A stretch of DNA of 64,000 bases, taken from the IMG/VR virus record IMGVR_UViG_2829740473_000003, positions 3,016-67,015 of that record; one strand, given 5' to 3'. Both the position numbers and the translations under genes were made by a program. The notes beneath the pieces are model-generated. The model searched no databases, was not told the DNA's origin, and saw only the letters and a program-made list of their open reading frames with translations. The DNA is from a virus. Taxonomy: Duplodnaviria > Caudoviricetes. Below, piece after piece: positions 61,174 through 64,000 of the stretch (within the stretch, counting starts at the first letter, position 1; the number at the start of each line of letters is the position of its first letter).

Positions 61174-64000
61174 CGCTCGGCTCCATTCCTTCTCGGGCCC
61201 CCTCGGCGCCGGCGATCAGCCGCAGGAGCTTCCCGTTCCAGCGCTGCGTCCCCACGTCGTTGGCGTTCCGCGTGAGCAGGTGCATCGCGAGCTCGGGGTC
61301 GAACATCATCCGGGTGACGAGGCGCTGGGGCATGCTTTCCGTGTGCGCATCCGGACCAGCCGCCACCTTCAGCGTGCGGGTAATGCCGCCGCCTTTCAGC
61401 ACGCCGAACGTTGCCTTGAGGCCCAGCTCGATCGCTCGCCAGAAACCGCTGTTCGCCGAATCCACCGAGCCCGGCATCGCCTTTGGCGCCTCCCGCGCCA
61501 AGGGCTCGAGCATCTTCTGCGCACGTCGGAGCGCGTTCATCTGCTCGGGACTGTAGACCTGCGCCAGCGCCCGTTCGTACTGCCGGAAGGCCTCGGCGAG
61601 GCGTCGGTACTCGGGCGCGAAGTCGCCGTCCGTCACCTTCCCGGGCGAGGCGGTCGTCACTTTCTGGATCAGGCGCTCCGACACGGCCCGCTGCCAGGCG
61701 AGCCGCGCCTCCGGGCTCTGCGATACCGTCGCCATGACCTCGCGCATCGCCCGCTCGGGATCGCCGCTGTCGAGGACTGCAGCGGCCGCCTTGGTCGGCT
61801 CGCGGCCCAGCACGAGCGAGAGGCCCGAAGCGTCCACGTCGGCCTGCGTCCGCTTCAGCTGCGCGCCGGCGCGCTCGACCTCCCCCGCCATGCGGTTGCG
61901 CGTCGCGCTCCCGGCGCGGATGTCGGTCAGCAGCTGCGCGACCTCATCCCGGACCCGAGGAAACTGGGACAGCGCCTCTCCCCAGCCGCTCGGGCCGTTC
62001 AGCCAGCGCGCCAGGGCGTTCTCGTGGATGCGGCCATCCCGGCCAATGGTCCGCGTCAGGTCGCCCAGGACGTAGGTGCGCACCGCGCTCTCCGCGGCGG
62101 CGCGGTTCGTCGGATCGGCGATGGACCCCACCACGCGGGATAGCGCCTCGGCCTTCTCCCGCGCGCCGGCGCCGGTGGACAGGAAGCGGCCGGCCGTCGC
62201 CGTTGGCGCCGCGGCCGTGCGGTGGAGGCGGTCGACGTTCAGGTCCTGCCGGAACCCGTACGCCTCGCCGGCGCCGCGGCCCCACACGGGCGCATAGACG
62301 TTCTCGAAATGGCTGACGGCGGCCTGCGCTTCCGGCTGCTGGTTGGTCGCCCGGTTGATCTCCACGCGAAGCCGCTCGAGGTTGTCGAGGTACGGCGTCG
62401 GCGCGCCGTCCTTCCGCGCCCGGGCGATTTCGGCCGCCAGGATCGGCCGCAGGTCGTTGATCGTGCCGAAGGTGACGTCGTTCACGCCATTGATCCGCCC
62501 ATCGGCGTCGCGCCGCAGGAGGCTCTCGAAATCCTGCAGCCACTGCTCGGGCAGCACCTCCCGGCGCGCGTTTTCCGGCAGGTGCTCGGCGGCACGGCGG
62601 ATCCCGGCCGCGGTCTCGACGAACGGCCGGCCCGGCACGGTCGCGTCGCGCGGCACGGCGTCAAACGCCGCGCGGCGCTCAGCGTCCATCGGCTCGAGGC
62701 TGCCCTGGACGATCGAACGGTCAAGGCTGGCGCTCGCATCGCCCTGGCGGCCGGCGAAGGGCGCCACCCGGCCGGCAACGTCGCGCTGTCCCTGCTCGGC
62801 CTGCGCGAGGCGCGCCTCGGCGGCCTGCAGCTCGCCCGAGGCGGCGTTCACCCGGTTGTCGACTTCTCGCCGAACGAATTCCGTCGCCGCGCGAGGGTCG
62901 GCGCCGAGCGGGACGTTGCTCTCCAGCTCGCCCATGGCGGCATCGCGGAGCGAGACGTCCCTCTGCGCGAACGGGGCCGGGTTGCGGTTCCGCTCGGCCG
63001 CTGCGATGGCCGCGACGCCCGGATCCTCCGAGAGCGCGCCCACCGACGGGAGCGGCGCACCCATTGCGCGATAGTCGTTGGCGTTGGCCGCGATGTTCTC
63101 GGCAGCGGTGGAGGGCTCCGACGCATTGCCCTGGACGTACCGCGCCGCCTGGTCGGCGTCACGGTTGCGCGCCCAGCGGCCGGTCTCGGGATCAATCGGA
63201 ATATCCGACGCCCGGGAAAAGCCGCGGGCGGTCGACAGTGCCGCCTTCGGGAGGCCGGTGGCGATGTTCGAGGCAACGCCTCCGGCCGTGCCGCCCAGCA
63301 GCATGCCGAGCACGTCAGTGATCGCGCCGGTCGCCGCCGCCGTGGGGCTCGACTTCCGCGCATCCTCGGGAAGCAGCTCCTCGGATACGGTCTTCCCAAG
63401 GCCAGCACCGACGCCGGCGGCACCTTCGCCGACCACCGTGCGGACAGGTGCGGCGCCGTAGCCTGCCAGCAGGCTGTCGAACGCCTGCGGCAGTCGCGCA
63501 ACCACCGGGGCTGCGCGCCCGACTGCAGCCGGCACCATGGCCCCGGCCGTCAGCGCTCCGAGCGTGCCGAAGGCGTTGGCGTTGTAGACCGCCTTCTCCC
63601 CGGGGGTCATTTTCTCGGGGTCGTGCACTTGGAGTCCGGCGGACTGCGCGGCGTTCCCGGCAAGGGACGTCAGCATCTCGGAAGGCATCTTGAATCGGAA
63701 CGGCACGCGGCCGAGCCCGGTCTTGTCGCCGATCCAATCCGCGCCGGAGAGCAGCACATTGGCGCCCATGTTCGCCAGATCGAAAGGTTGCCCGACGGCC
63801 ATGCCGATGCCACGAGCGGCGCCTTGGACGCCGACCCCCAGATCCAAACCGGCCGGCGCCGGCGCGCTTGCGACCGTGGGGCCGGGCCGCGCCGCGGCCG
63901 GCTGCGAGGGTTCGTCGAACCGATCGAAGAAATTCGGCTTCGGCGGTTCGGTCACCGGGGCTGCAGGAGCGACGTCGAACTGATCGAAGAAGTTGGGCAT
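61151..64000 (-). CDS. Large phage DNA-ejection / internal virion-type protein (ATG falls on the window edge)
   Basis: 949 aa; tandem N-terminal NFFD(Q/R)FD motifs, Gly/Ala-rich hydrophobic helices, then long amphipathic helical body. Confidence 0.65.
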   Translation of the reverse strand: MPNFFDQFDVAPAAPVTEPPKPNFFDRFDEPSQPAAARPGPTVASAPAPAGLDLGVGVQGAARGIGMAVGQPFDLANMGANVLLSGADWIGDKTGLGRVPFRFKMPSEMLTSLAGNAAQSAGLQVHDPEKMTPGEKAVYNANAFGTLGALTAGAMVPAAVGRAAPVVARLPQAFDSLLAGYGAAPVRTVVGEGAAGVGAGLGKTVSEELLPEDARKSSPTAAATGAITDVLGMLLGGTAGGVASNIATGLPKAALSTARGFSRASDIPIDPETGRWARNRDADQAARYVQGNASEPSTAAENIAANANDYRAMGAPLPSVGALSEDPGVAAIAAAERNRNPAPFAQRDVSLRDAAMGELESNVPLGADPRAATEFVRREVDNRVNAASGELQAAEARLAQAEQGQRDVAGRVAPFAGRQGDASASLDRSIVQGSLEPMDAERRAAFDAVPRDATVPGRPFVETAAGIRRAAEHLPENARREVLPEQWLQDFESLLRRDADGRINGVNDVTFGTINDLRPILAAEIARARKDGAPTPYLDNLERLRVEINRATNQQPEAQAAVSHFENVYAPVWGRGAGEAYGFRQDLNVDRLHRTAAAPTATAGRFLSTGAGAREKAEALSRVVGSIADPTNRAAAESAVRTYVLGDLTRTIGRDGRIHENALARWLNGPSGWGEALSQFPRVRDEVAQLLTDIRAGSATRNRMAGEVERAGAQLKRTQADVDASGLSLVLGREPTKAAAAVLDSGDPERAMREVMATVSQSPEARLAWQRAVSERLIQKVTTASPGKVTDGDFAPEYRRLAEAFRQYERALAQVYSPEQMNALRRAQKMLEPLAREAPKAMPGSVDSANSGFWRAIELGLKATFGVLKGGGITRTLKVAAGPDAHTESMPQRLVTRMMFDPELAMHLLTRNANDVGTQRWNGKLLRLIAGAEGAREGMEPSDDQGSRR

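Larger units (their letters stand above)
47708..64000. mobile_element. Integrative satellite/PICI-like element (element B); right boundary outside the window
   Basis: Integrase, AlpA, Prim-Pol/DUF3987, origin, accessory cargo and an ejection-type protein; no capsid or tail genes in the visible part. Confidence 0.8.

Noticed and set aside
1-64000. CRISPR array, reverse transcriptase (retron/DGR), transposase or invertase
   Set aside because: No repeat-spacer periodicity and no YxDD, DDE or serine-recombinase motifs seen in any credible ORF

Overview
High-GC window, inferred to be alphaproteobacterial from its gene families and GTTC-N7-GTTC LexA boxes. It is made entirely of mobile DNA, with two elements joined at a 47-bp copy of the 3' end of tRNA-Phe (47661-47707). 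Element A (1 to about 47707, left end outside the window) is a temperate siphovirus-type prophage. Its minus-strand late operon runs terS, terL, portal, scaffold, major capsid, connectors, tail with a -1 frameshift chaperone, tape measure, tail tip, fibre and SGNH esterase. It also carries a tRNA-Thr(CGU), a NusG-paralog antiterminator, replication and methyltransferase genes, a cro/cI switch with five recognisable operators, a RecT plus 5'-3' exonuclease recombination module and a tyrosine integrase. No endolysin is visible. Element B (about 47708 to beyond 64000) is satellite/PICI-like. It has a second integrase, AlpA, a Prim-Pol/DUF3987 replicase and a 33-bp inverted-repeat origin, then accessory genes (SRAP plus HEPN-like, a three-gene ART-like toxin operon, tandem MerR-like HTHs) and a large phage ejection-type protein. 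The best candidates for undescribed biology are: a roughly 490-nt structured non-coding RNA lying between the NusG paralog and the tRNA; repeated GGAU-loop hairpins at the scaffold and capsid ribosome-binding sites; an HslV/proteasome-like peptidase in the head-tail module; a GNAT toxin with a non-canonical partner inside the immunity region; the three-gene putative defence operon; and a satellite carrying its own ejection protein. All family assignments come from motif recognition by eye. No database searches were run.
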